From NCBI RefSeq assembly GCF_964188315.1, contig NC_135659.1:57040001-57104000 (forward strand): a DNA stretch of 64,000 bases, given 5' to 3'. The notes under the pieces are model-generated. The model was not told the DNA's origin, did not search any database, and saw nothing but the letters and a program-made list of their open reading frames with translations. Position numbers and translations under genes: made by a program. The first letter of the stretch is position 1; the number at the start of each line of letters is the position of its first letter. Of the stretch, positions 12,342 to 24,225 are shown piece after piece. This DNA comes from Podarcis muralis (lineage: Eukaryota).

Positions 12342-13271
12342 ACAATAATCCGTAAACAGACCCCTGTGTTGCAATATAGACAAGCTGAACAAAATAACAC
12401 AACACGATGGCCAATAACAATGACACTAAACACTATTTATAGACTAATACAAATGATCAGAAATTGCAACCAAAGTCTCTAAATTTTCTTCACCAGTCGC
12501 GGTAGAATAATTCAAAAGTTCGATATATACATAATCTGTCACCAAATATTGCCGGAACAGAGTTTCCAGATAACCAATCTGTTTCGTTCAATGCTAAGAT
12601 GCATACCCAACTAAGATACATACCCAATCTTACATGTAAGTAAATATAAACACTGTAGAAAATATGCTCTGGATCAGTACTCATATGATACTGTAGTCAC
12701 TGGTGCTGGTAACAAATTGTAAAGAACATAATATAGTTAGCCACAGGTGAAACTAATATACAGTAAGGGAAATTAAAGACACAGCACAACATTAACAGCA
12801 AGAATGCCTGACAACCAAATGAAAACAGTACCCCGTCCAGTCAGTGGATCATTGCTTTCTACAGCATTTTTATTTACTTATATGTAAGACTGCGTATGTA
12901 TCTTAGTTGTATATATTGTATTATGCAATTTATTTTATACAGACACAGGTTTCATCGCATGTATATTGTAATTTCAGCTTGTTAAGAAATTGAACTGCAT
13001 CCTTCTCATATTAATTCTTACAAGTCTGGCTGATGATGAATTGATCAAGATTGGCTGATGAAGCATTGAACAAAACAGATTGGTTATCCGGAAACTCTGT
13101 TCCGGCGATATTTGGTGACAGATTATGTATATATCGAACTTTTGAATTATTCTACCGCGACTGGTGAAGAAAATTTAGAGACTTTGGTTGCAATTTCTGA
13201 TCATTTGTATTAGTCTATAAATAGTGTTTAGTGTCATTGTTATTGGCCATCGTGTTGTGTTATTTTGTTCA
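12342..13271. mobile_element. Inverted-repeat insertion, probable PLE with inverted pseudo-LTR
   Basis: 211-bp arms (12385-12595 and 13062-13272) differ at 3 positions by my alignment. Extra diverged inner arms (~12606-12680 and ~12845-12912). 12-bp direct repeat GAATAGATAGCA at 12330-12341 and 13272-13283 (candidate TSD). CTGATGA...(G/A)AAA motif present. The inverted repeat is certain; the PLE assignment is inferred. Confidence 0.65.
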
Positions 13272-13689
13272 GAATAGATAGCAGCAGCAGATAGCGTGGC
13301 AAGGCTATGCCAGTCACTTGACTTCTGTAGAAATGGCAGCACACTGGGGCTGAGAAGGGGAGGGGTGCAGCAATGAGGTCAGTGCAGTGCAATGCACTGG
13401 CAGGAACACCAGACTGCACCATGCCAACCTCCCTCTCTCTGTCCTGGTATGCTGCAGGGATGCAGCCAGGTGACAGTCAGTTGAGCTGCTGAACCCCAGC
13501 CTGCCACCCACTGCTTCTGGAAAGATCACCAACTTCTTGTTCTTGCAAGCAGTCCTGCTACCTGTCCTAGCACCCAGAAGAGGCTGGTGTCTACCCAGCT
13601 CATACTTCATTAGATATGTTTTTTAAAACCTTATTGTAGTTAGAGTCTGGTCTAAGTAGACGATATGATGGAGAAAGCTGTCCATTAGG

Positions 13690-13988
13690 AATCTGGATAA
13701 CTCTGGGTGGCTTCCGGCAAAAGATTAAAAATACATTAAAACATCAAATGTTAAAAACTTCCCTAAACAGGGCTACCTTCAGATGTCTCCTAAATGTCAT
13801 TTAATTGTTGATTTCTTTGACATATGATGGAAGGGCGTTCCACAGGATGGGCGCCACTACCGAGAAGGCCCTCTGCCTGGTTCCCTGTAACTTTGCTTCT
13901 CGCAGTGAGGGAACCAACAGAAGGCCCTCAGCACTGGACCTCAGTGTCCAGGCAGAACGATGGGGGTGGAGACGCTCCTTCAGGTATA
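13690..13988 (-). mobile_element. L2-type LINE 3' fragment
   Basis: CTCTGGGTGGCTTCC...AAGGGCGTTCCACAGGATGGGCGCCACTACCGAGAAGGCCCTCTGCCTGGTTCCC matches the reverse complement of a common lacertid L2 3' end (from memory). Confidence 0.7.
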
Positions 13989-15100
13989 GATAGGAAGCCC
14001 TAAAATTGGGCTGAATGAAAAGAAAAAGGCATCAAATGAACAACCTTCTGCTGCAAGACAGCTGACCCATCTCTCCTATGGTCTCTTTATCATATCCTCA
14101 GATCTAAAGAACCACAAGCCTAAGGTGGCTTCTCACAAACAGCATGTGCGGTGGTAAACTTGTGGCTAGGTTTTACCAAATTCCTGTGCCTACTAACTCC
14201 TCCCAGATCAGGGAGTGTGGGCAGCCAGGGAGGCTGCAGTGTTCTGGAGAAATATTTGCTGGAAAAGGAAAACAAGCATACCACCTTCAGCCACCTCACA
14301 ATGTTAGGGGTGTCTAAGAAACCCCTGAAATTCTAAAGTGCCTCAGGAGTGAAGAAGAAAAATGGAAGCCTCTTTCGCAGGAGAAGAAAACATGAGAGAA
14401 ATTGGAGGACAGATTTTGGCACAGCACTAATTTTAGACTGTTCATAAACCAAAAGAACCTGCTTTCACCCAGCAGAAAAATGCAACTCAGATGCTGGCGG
14501 GATGGGGTAAGAGAAAAATCCATTAAACTACTATAACTCTATTGACTTCCATATAACTGTACCGTGTTACATCAGCACCTGTAACATAAAGTATAGGACT
14601 ATAAAATGATTTGGCCTCATCTCCTGAATATTCTCACATACTTTACTCATTAGCCCCACTGAGCCAGTAGAGCCATAAAGAGCAAACCTGGATCGCGGTT
14701 CTTGCAGAAGAGGGCCATCCATCAAATGCTAGCCAAATTCTAACTGCAGCATCTTTAATACTGGTGTTTATGTACTAGTCAGGAAACTCTCTGGTGGGTT
14801 ATTCAGGTGTCAGGTGGAGTTGTGGCCTGCTTTTGACATGTTAATGGAACAATCTGAGAGGTGCGGAAAAGAAGAAATATTATGCCACAGTATCTGCCTT
14901 AACTGCGTCACTTTTCAGAGTGCAAACCACACATTGCAACCACAGCTCTTCAAAGAACCTCCTCTTCCCAACCACAGTGCCCCACACAACACACACACAC
15001 TTGAGCCACAGAAAAAAGAGGATATTGCCTTTTCATAGTTTGCTGACTTGGGTTTTTTTTATCCTAAGTATTCAATTAACATAAAGCAGGAGTTGCTCTG

Positions 15101-15160
15101 CTCACTTTTGCCACTGACCCCACTGGGCTCCTCACTTTTGCCTCTGACCCCACTGGGCTT
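15101..15160. repeat. Tandem duplication, 2 x 30 bp
   Basis: CTCACTTTTGCC(A/T)CTGACCCCACTGGGCT(C/T) occurs twice. Confidence 0.95.
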
Positions 15161-17399
15161 TTGGGGAGAGCTGGGCCAAAAAAATAAGGGGGTGGAGGGG
15201 GCTAAGCATGGAGCCAAGTACAAAAGGAGAGGGGAAGGGTACAAAAGGTATGGGGAAGGAGGATCAAAGGAGCCCCCTGCCATTGTTAGTGGCAGGAGGA
15301 CGAGGAGAGGGGGCCACTAGCCATTGAAACCATGCTGAAACATTCGGCTCCACCCCTGACATCGTGTTGTTGAGTGCACAACATTGGGACATTGTGCATG
15401 TGTGACATTGCCCTCCTCCTTTGCCCTCTCAAGCTAGCACCTCTGCTGACCACTGTCATGTGGCCCCCAGAAGGTTGCCTGGAGGGAAGAATGGCTCTCA
15501 GTCTGAGAAAGTTCCCCTGATATAGAAGAAAAGTTCTATAAGCCCCAATAGAGCTGAAGCAGAGAAAGAGAGTTCAGGAGAAAAGAAAGCCTAGCAAAAA
15601 CAAAGCATAAAACCCTAGGAGAGACACAATTCGTTTCTTGCGCTACTGTGAACATCTAAAATAAGTCCTCAAAAAAGCTCGGTTAGACATGGTATGTTGT
15701 TTCAAGTTTATCCACTTATGACCATAACCATGGAAGAGACCAACATGGGAGAAAGTCAGAATTGATCCAAGGAGACCTAGGTTCCCGCCAGTAATCTTTG
15801 GCCCATCACAATATTTCCACCTAACCTACCTCCTTTGCTTGTTGAGAGATAATCTCAATGCCTCCCACCCTGACCTCCTTGATGGGAACATGGAATACAA
15901 ATGGAACTCATTAATAAATGCTGCTGAAGTCAAAGCTAAACAACTTCAAGCAGCCTCACTGTAGGCAAACAGAGAATATCACTTCATTACCCCACATATG
16001 AAGGGGGAAAGTAGAGAAATAAAATATTAGTCTGTTTATTCATTCCAGCATTGATTCCATGGCAAAATGGTACCTAAAGTGTCACAAATGGAAAAGTCAC
16101 TCCTAGTTGTTTTTCTTAAATATAATAATAATAATATAGTGTATTAGACATGTGTTGTGCCCAGATACTGTTTTAATGGTATTCTGAGAACTATTGCACA
16201 AACATATGTGTATGTCACCTAAAGATCTAGCTTTTTGGTGTAAATACTCACAGTGACACTACAATAAATTGATTGCATTCCCTGATTAAGAGGTATCATT
16301 AAGAGCATGCAAATGACGGGCCACAGAAGGTACAAAGACAAAAGTTTTCTACAGAATGCATACTTGTTTTGCATCCTTTGAAAATGCTATCGTACGTGGT
16401 ATTTACTGTAGATTAGGCGGTCTCATTTCCTGCTGCACAACACAGCTTCACTTGTTAACCCCACTATTAAAATGTCTTTAGACTCCCCAAATGTTAGTCT
16501 GAAGAACAGCAGGATTGAAATGATGCAACAATGAATCACAGAAGCTCTTGAAAATCCACATTGTGCATAAAGAATACCTGCCCATTTTATAGTTGAGTAA
16601 AAGGCGGCACAAAGTTGTTGCAAAAGATATATGCAATGTGCTGTTCAACAGAGGGCTGAGTTCACATGTGCAGGGTTTTCTGCACAGATGTCACTCCAAT
16701 GCAGAAAGTTGGCATGCACCCACATGTACACTGGTGTGTGTAATGAACCTGTGTTTTGCTGTCCAAATCTGCTGGACAGACCTGCCTCCACATTTGGCCT
16801 GGTGTGATATGTGTCTGTGGCAAAATATGTATGAAAGTGATGTAATACTCACACATGAATTATATTATGTGTAGAAGAGCCATTACAGACCCCCTCCCCA
16901 CTCTATGTTTTCCCCTTCCTCTTCAAATGTGGCATAAATCTAGAAATCCTATTTTTCTGTCTACAGCCTTAACCAACCAGCTGTAATTTCTCTTTCTCAG
17001 TCCCTTTTCTCCACCCAGGAAACAGAACCTGCCAATAAAGTGATTAAAACCCATTAATCCTAAATAACCTGATTTCCCATGTTGATAAGCTCAAATGGAC
17101 AGAAGTACCACCTTGCTTCTGCTGCTCTGGCAGTCGTGAATTGTATCCCTGTCTATTCTTCCCCTTTAATTCAGGACCATTTCCTCCACCTGCACTAATC
17201 CTCTGGAGAGCAAGGGCAGTCTTATATCAGCATAATACTCCGGTTAGCTTACACTGATTTCCACACACATGCACACTTGAGCGGTTATTATAGGGGACCT
17301 TGCTTTGGCTGTGGATTTTATTGCAAAGACTGTGTTTAAGTACAGCAGAACAAAAAAGAAGGGGAGCTGGTTTTAAACCACCTCACGAAAAATAAAGCT

Positions 17400-17760
17400 C
17401 ACATTGTTTGTCTGCTTTAAAAACCTTTAATCCGCTGGCTATGGATGGTTTTCTTAGCAGCAAGTTAACAGCCTGAACATTATAAAATGATTAAAATACA
17501 GCCTTAATTCACTGGTGCCTATATGAATTAGCATGAACTCTTATATAATCATGGCCCAATTAAAAGCCAGTTAACAGTTATCACCACTGAATGTGGTCCA
17601 GTTAATGACAGTTATCTCCTGATGCTCCCGATGTTCCTATCTCTTATGAAAGCTCAAGGCCACGGGGGGCGGGGGGGGCGGGTAGCCTGTAACCAATCAT
17701 AAGCCTGCCAATTAATAACAATTGACCTCACAGTGCAGACTTTTAAAGAAGAACATTTTC
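17400..17760. promoter_or_regulatory. Candidate conserved enhancer-like element
   Basis: Repeat-free; dense in TAAT/ATTA homeodomain cores, TGACAG (MEIS/TGIF), AACAAT (SOX) and TGACCT half-sites; duplicated CAGTTAA..CAGTTATC. Conservation not tested. Confidence 0.35.
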
Positions 17761-18924
17761 ATTGCCTAGAGCAGGGTCTGCTCAACTAAATCCAGGTGGT
17801 TAGCAAAGACTTTGGCTCAAAGCTCCACAGAGTTTTGGAAGAAACGGCTGACATGCCTCTAGTGGTGGCACTGATCACAGCCTGACTGTCACTGCCTGCT
17901 CTACTCAGCATTTCCACTCAGCCTTCTGCCACAATCTTCTAAAGCAAAACCATTTTTTTCTCACATTGAAAATTAAAAGCGCTGTGAATTGGGCGACCAT
18001 GATAGACAGATCACAGGATTCTACAACGAGAGTGACAGGTGGAAAGGCAAGCAGAGCAACGGATTTGTCCTGGCAGCAAACATGTGCTAGTAAACAAACT
18101 CATCCAGCACATCTCAGTCAGGAGGGGGAGGAAGGAAGAGGGGGGAAAGTCCATCTTTATTCCTGAGCTTGCCAAACGCAATGAAATCTTGAAATGAATT
18201 TTTGATAGCCTCTTTCTAACTAGGGCAGCACAGTTTCCAAATGACAGTGATGCCCTTGTTGTAAAGAGGCACAAAGTAAAAATAGGTGCCCAGGATCTTC
18301 AAACAAAGCTTGCATTTGACTTCAACATATCTGTGTACCAGGATAGCAACATGCGGAACACCTGGCACCCCTTCTTTTCAAACCAGCCAATGTTACGAAT
18401 CTTTAGGGCTGAGATATATGCAAAGTATTTTCAGTGGAGCAGCTCCTGATATCCCCAGAGTAGTTTCTTCCCAGGCCATGATGCGTAATGCATGTGCATG
18501 TTAAGTCATTAATTTCAGCGGGAAGGTTTTCTTATTGCTACAAGATAACAATAAGCAAAGGAGACTAGATGAGCGAAGCAGCAATGAGCATGCTCAGCTG
18601 GGCAGCAAAGATTACACAAGTGGAAATGGAGGTGGAGGTGGAAGGCTTGCAAATGGCTGTTTGTTCTTCAGCAGTTCTCTCCTGACATATTTGAAATAGG
18701 TGCACAAAGAGTTCTTGGGCCACTCGGCAGAAAAGTTACAAAGCTATGCATCTTTCTGGTGCTCAGTGGCAACAGTTTTGGGGTTTTGCCAGTGGGAGAG
18801 ATACCAAAAATTAGTCCTTGGTTGTTTTCCAGTACTGACCAGAAGCCAGCCCAAGAATGGCATAAAGAAATTGTCTGTAAATATTGTCAGGGTTTGATAG
18901 GAGCTTAAAAATGCCAGACTTATA

Positions 18925-19179
18925 CAGTGGTACCTCGGGTTAAGAACTTACAGTGGTACCTCGGGTTAAGAACTTAATTCATTCTTAACCTGAAACAGTT
19001 CTTAACCTGAAGCACCACTTTAGCTAATGGGGCCTCCTGCTGCTGCTACGCTGCTGCTGCATGATTTCTGTTCTCATCCTGAAGCAAAGTTCTTAACCCG
19101 AGGTACTATTTTTGGGTTAGCAGAGTCTGTAACCAGAAGCATATGTAACCTGAAGCATCTGTAACCCAAGGTACCACTG
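18925..19179. mobile_element. Tc1/mariner (Tigger-like) MITE with duplicated left end
   Basis: TIR CAGTGGTACCTCGGGTTA / TAACCCAAGGTACCACTG, TA TSD on both sides. The 26-bp left end is repeated (18925-18950, 18951-18976). Confidence 0.9.
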
Positions 19180-20782
19180 TATTAATACGACACAACCAGT
19201 GGTGATAATATACATTTACCATGTTAATATTTGTGTGCGCTCGCGCATGCGCTAACAGCCGCTTTGGAAACAATATGACTTCAAAGAAGCATCATTCCGA
19301 TTTGGCTTCTCTATACTTCCCACACAGTTAATGGTGCTGATGCTGGTCCCTACAGGTTGTGGGCCTAGAATGGCCAGATGGCCAATATGGACAGCTAAAT
19401 GCTACATCCTATAAATCACATCCTCTGGACTCCTTCAGAAACCAGCTAAATGGTGAACAAACATGAGCATTATGCTTTGTGTGTCCTGGTGGAAGAAGAG
19501 AAGTGATTGTGGCTTTATCTTATCTGTGAAGCTATTTGGTAGCCAGAAACTGTGGGGTAGGATTTGGCATTTACACTACCCTTCTTCTACAATAGCTTAG
19601 ATTGGGACACAAATATTGGGAAACAAATGTGATGATTCTATCATTCAGCAGGTATCTTCTGGGCTTCTTCCTCCTTCAGAACATGAAGAGGAAGGAAATC
19701 TTGAGCTCCTCTGCATTGCCATTGAACACAGTGGCAAAACAGATAAATAGATCTGGAGATTATCTCTGGAATTTAGGTAGGAAAAGGTAGAAATTATGAC
19801 ATTTTATTTATTTCATAAAAATTATATACTGCTTGACGGTAGGAAAAAAAATCAAAGCTGAATTAGGGATGTCCTAATGCTAAGGTACCAGATAGCTCTT
19901 TTATCCACAGGTTGTGTTTAAGATAATCCACTATGCTATGAAGCCTCCTGTTTGTTTGAGTGCTACCTTGTAAAATCCTCTTCAACTCTTCAAGCCAAAG
20001 GTGAGTCAACAACAGCAATGACTCATCCTTGAGCCTCATAAGTGCTGATATAATCAAATTGATGGTGGTGGTTTTCTGATAGGAAGTGGCTCCCTGCCAG
20101 GGCTGAAATGGGCATGGCAAATTTATTACAGCAAAACAAATGAGTGTGGAAGCTTAGATTCAGAGGGGACTAGAAACTGTTGTTTAGACTTTATGTCCCA
20201 TCAGCTTTCCTTATATGCAGAAATCCCTGATCCATTTTTACAAAAGAACTGCCCAGAGAGCTGTCCTAAAGGGAAATACACAACCAATTATGCTTGACTA
20301 CACTGCACAAACAATGCCTCAGCCTGGTGTCCTGAGATGTGTTTCAAGAGCAACAACACTTTAAACAAATGTGAAGGAGGGAAGGTGGCCTGGCCTTCCT
20401 CATTTTGCCCTTAACATCAAAATGCCACCAAGTGGAGAGGCTTCTTCCCCTCTCCCTCATCAGTTTATAGTCAAATTGGAGCACACAGGCTGCCCCAGCA
20501 TAGGTAGCTGTTATTTACTGCCTGCAGTGGACACACAGACCTTTGGTCTTGTGCTGCTAGTGAAGGCAGATACAAATAGAAGTTTGTTAGTCTTCTCCTT
20601 CCCACTGCCAGCTATTAGTACCTCCTCCTCCTGAGAAGCCAGGAGGGCTAAAGAGACCATTGTAGCAATGTAGTGAACTCCCGGAAAGACATAGCCAGAA
20701 CAAGTGACTAAATGGATATCGCCACCTTGGACAGCTCCCTGCGTGGGCTATTATTACAGTACTAGGTAGTATCCAACATGAG

Positions 20783-20865
20783 TTCTACTCAGAGTAGACC
20801 CATTGAAATCCATAGACATGACTAGTTCAAGTCCATTTATTTCAGTGGGTCTACTGTGAGTAGAA
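20783..20865. repeat. Short palindromic interspersed repeat
   Basis: TTCTACTCAGAGTAGACCCATTGAAAT ... ATTTCAGTGGGTCTACTGTGAGTAGAA, near-perfect inverted arms. Confidence 0.8.
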
Positions 20866-21082
20866 ACGAGCTGGCTGCAAACCATTGCATATAGCTCTTT
20901 GCTTCTCAGGTGTATTCTCACCCCGCGACTTGTTATCTTTTCTGCAGAAGGTATTAAAAATGCATCCCCTCCCCAAAGCGGCAAAACAATTCCATCCTGA
21001 GCTCGGTGGACAGGAGTTAAAGAGACGCTTTGGTTGTTCAATATCCTAAGCAAAAGAGCCAAAGATTGTAGCTTAGAGGTAG

Positions 21083-21084
<2 letters not shown>

Positions 21085-21170
<86 letters not shown>
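21085..21170. repeat. Compound microsatellite (GT)21(GA)22
   Basis: Read directly. Confidence 1.
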
Positions 21171-21172
<2 letters not shown>

Positions 21173-22789
21173 ATTATCTTCGAGAAGGCAGTATAACATC
21201 AGGACCATCTTCCCATTCTGAGGGGTGGCATATAGTAAAAGGGGTGGAGAAAGAAAGCTTATCAAGGGAAAGATTAGCAGAGCACCAAGAAGCGATCCAT
21301 CCACCGTGATCTAGGGTTTGCAAACGAAAACTATTAATGCAATTAACTCAGAAACAGAGGAGCGGAAAGGAATTGAAACAGCTCGCCAGGAATCTAAACC
21401 ATGATGAATAAGCATCACACAGCACTCGGTCGCCCAGGTGCTGTCTGGGTCTCTCTTCATAATCTCCCTCTTCTTCCCCATCCCCCACCCGTCTTATTTC
21501 CTTTGCTCACCCAGCAGCGAAAAGCATCACTCCCCGCTGTTCTGGCTTCATTTTTTTAAAAAAAATAAATTAAAAAAAAAAACTGTTGTGTTTAAATGCC
21601 TTCTTAAATGCTGCAGCCCAAATTGCTGCAGGTTTCCTTTCTCGGCGCCGATGAACCGCTCACGCTTTAAAACAAAATAACTAAAATGTGCATGCAGATG
21701 CATTACAGAAATGAATGGGGGATATGCAACGGTGCCTGCTCATTTGATAGAATATTCCTGTTTTCTGCTGCAGCTCTTTCCCCGCCTGCCCTCCATGATA
21801 ACGGAGTCCTGTTATATTGACCACGGCATCTGGGGAATGCTTTCCCATCTCGCCTTCCCAGTTCAGCCCTACAATCCCAGTGATTCATTGCAAACCATTA
21901 GCAGGACCCCGGCGCTCATCCTTCATCGCCCCATCCAATCCCCCTGGCAGTGCTGAGACGTTCATTAGCATATCCTCCAACATCAAAGCCCTCAACCCAC
22001 AGCAAAGTTCCTCACATGTGGCGAGTTCTTCCCTCGCTATAGTAAGAAAGCTGGGCTAATAGCTCGCCACGGAGACACACAAATGCAGAGCTACACGCCC
22101 CTTGTTAGCTGCAATCTTGGGGATCCGGTGTTTTCTCAAAGAGGGGGTGGGGAGTGCATTTCTCCAGCCCTGGAATATAGGGCAATTGCCTGCTTTTCAA
22201 GTTTTTGCCGGAGAGGGGAGGCTAAAAGAAAGCAGGGGTAGAACATAAATCCCTAGCCAATACGAGGGAGATCCCCTCAAACCCCATTCACCGCTATCAA
22301 GGCAGATCGCAGGACTCACCCTCAGAAACCAGGCGAAGTTGGGCGAGATCCTCCCATCCCTGCGTTTTTTAAATCCACGTTTTCCCTACTCCCTGCAAGC
22401 TTCACTTTCCAGAGGAGCTGAGCACGAAGCTATTCCCAGTGCTTGTGCTGCAAAACTCCTTCGGGTGTTGTGCTTTTAAAACTCGCTCTCCCTTGCCTTC
22501 CGCCTAGTAGCCGAATAGATCACACGGTGGTTGGACGCGTCTATTTCCTCTGTCCAAAATCAGGATGGGTCTTGCATAGTTTAGAAGGCAGTTCGTGATG
22601 GCAACTCTCGCTCTTTCTTTTCCCTCCTGTCTTTCACCTAAACATAGCCGGAAGGTTGTGCAGCCCCTCTCCTTCTGTGTGGGATACGGCAAGCCTGTGA
22701 CTGTTGCAGGTTTCCTGCTTCCCTCTTTCACCTCCTGATATAATTAATGGATATTGTTGGCTCTAACCAGGCTATCTAGCGGTCTGAGT

Positions 22790-22818
22790 CCTCCTCTTCC
22801 TCCTCCTCCTCCTCCTCC

Positions 22819-22852
<34 letters not shown>
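22790..22852. repeat. (CCT)n tract followed by (CA)16
   Basis: Read directly; lies inside the CpG-rich block. Confidence 1.
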
Positions 22853-22854
<2 letters not shown>

Positions 22855-22896
22855 TGCTTCTTTCGAAGTGCCTTAGATAAGCAATGCTAGCCCCAA

Positions 22897-22924
22897 GGAG
22901 CTGTCCGCTCGGAATGGTGCTGAA
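22897..22924 (-). promoter_or_regulatory. Non-canonical (expanded-spacer) REST/NRSF RE1 site
   Basis: Minus strand TTCAGCACC-attccgagc-GGACAGCTCC: both RE1 half-sites (canonical TTCAGCACCnnGGACAGCGCC) with a 9-nt instead of 2-nt spacer. Confidence 0.65.
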
Positions 22925-24183
22925 AAAGTCGTCCGTTCCAGAGCCAGCCGTTAAAAAGCTCTAGAGGCTGAGGGGGGACGGGGACTCTTATCCTCCTCGG
23001 ATCTTGCCGAAGAAAAGCTGTATTCCAGGGTCAACGAAGCTGAAACAGGCTTCGACAGTACACACCATCCAGTTGCCCCCCCCCCTTTCAATTTCAAAAA
23101 AATCCTATAATCTTTTAACACATTAAGCAGCGAAATTCCTGCCGGGAGAGAGCCTGAACGTGCGGTATTGAATAAAACGCGATCCTTCTTGTCACTCAGG
23201 GGAGATAGAAAAGCCCCCTCCCCAAAAAGTCCTCTCTTGTTCTTTCGGCGTTTGGGGATATCAGCAGGAGGAGAATGGTCCTTGGACGGAAAGATATATA
23301 TGGAGAGGAAGCAGAGTGAAAGGGCGGGGGGGATCTACAGTCACGCTAAACTAAATTCAATCTGATAACATCTGCTGAACAGCATGCACAGCAGCCAGAA
23401 AGGAGGGAGGCTTGGAAGTTTTGCATTAAGAGCTGCTGCGAAGCTCAAGGCTTTGATTTCTGCCAGCCTTTTAAAGAACTAGTACACCTTGGTATGGTGG
23501 CAAAGGAAGCTGAAAATGATCCTAGGAACTCATGCAATTCTATATAGGGCCACTCTTGGCTTCCCTGCATATACTGGACAATGAACAATATACAATGAAC
23601 AATGAAATGTGGCTTGGTGGGGGGGGGGGCGGAGAGAGACCCTCCACCTACTTTTTTAATAAATGTTTTAAAATGCAAACCTTGGAAATGTAAAAAGCAG
23701 CAGAATGAATATTGAGATCAGATGTGACATGATGACATGATGTATTTATAGACACAGACAACATTATAGATGTTAGCCCTATTATGTGTTTAACACTGTG
23801 ATATAAACAGAATGGACTATGGAACTGATTGACTTTTTATCATGACATCTATCACCCATTCAGTTACCCTCTGTAATCTTACCTTTTAAGAAACATACAG
23901 TGTTGCCAATATTAAGGATAATAAAAAATGGTTTCTTCCATACATGACCCTTTCATTGCTGAAAATGAACAGCATTGGCAAATATGCTTCTCCTAATTAT
24001 ATATTTGTTTCACCATCTATAAAACGGGACTAGATAAGGCTCAGGGAACTGCAATGCATTGTTGGGCTCTGAAATATTCAGATGAATGGTGGTCAAATTA
24101 TCATAATCATTAGCAGCTGTTATGTGTAGCAAAATCATGAATATAAATATTCCAAGAAACAGTCCAAACCAAAAAGTAGTGCC

Positions 24184-24186
<3 letters not shown>

Positions 24187-24220
<34 letters not shown>
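24187..24220. repeat. Microsatellite (AC)17
   Basis: Read directly. Confidence 1.

Positions 24221-24225
<5 letters not shown>

Larger units (their letters stand above)
21400..23400 (-). promoter_or_regulatory. CpG-rich promoter / first-exon region of an unidentified, likely neuronal, gene; probable minus-strand transcription
   Basis: Clear CpG enrichment without recognisable transposon origin in an otherwise CpG-depleted window. Minus-strand donors at 22319 (AGG|GTGAGT) and 21510 (TGG|GTGAGC); RE1-like motif at 22897-22924. Strand is inferred from the donors. Confidence 0.6.

Noticed and set aside
21034-21309. VCVC...ERER and SLSL...HTHT ORFs
   Set aside because: Translations of the (GT)n(GA)n microsatellite.
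22504-22731. 75-aa ORF in the promoter block as a first coding exon
   Set aside because: Begins with a non-ATG start (GTG) and stops at 22504, before the donor at 22319; peptide not recognisable.
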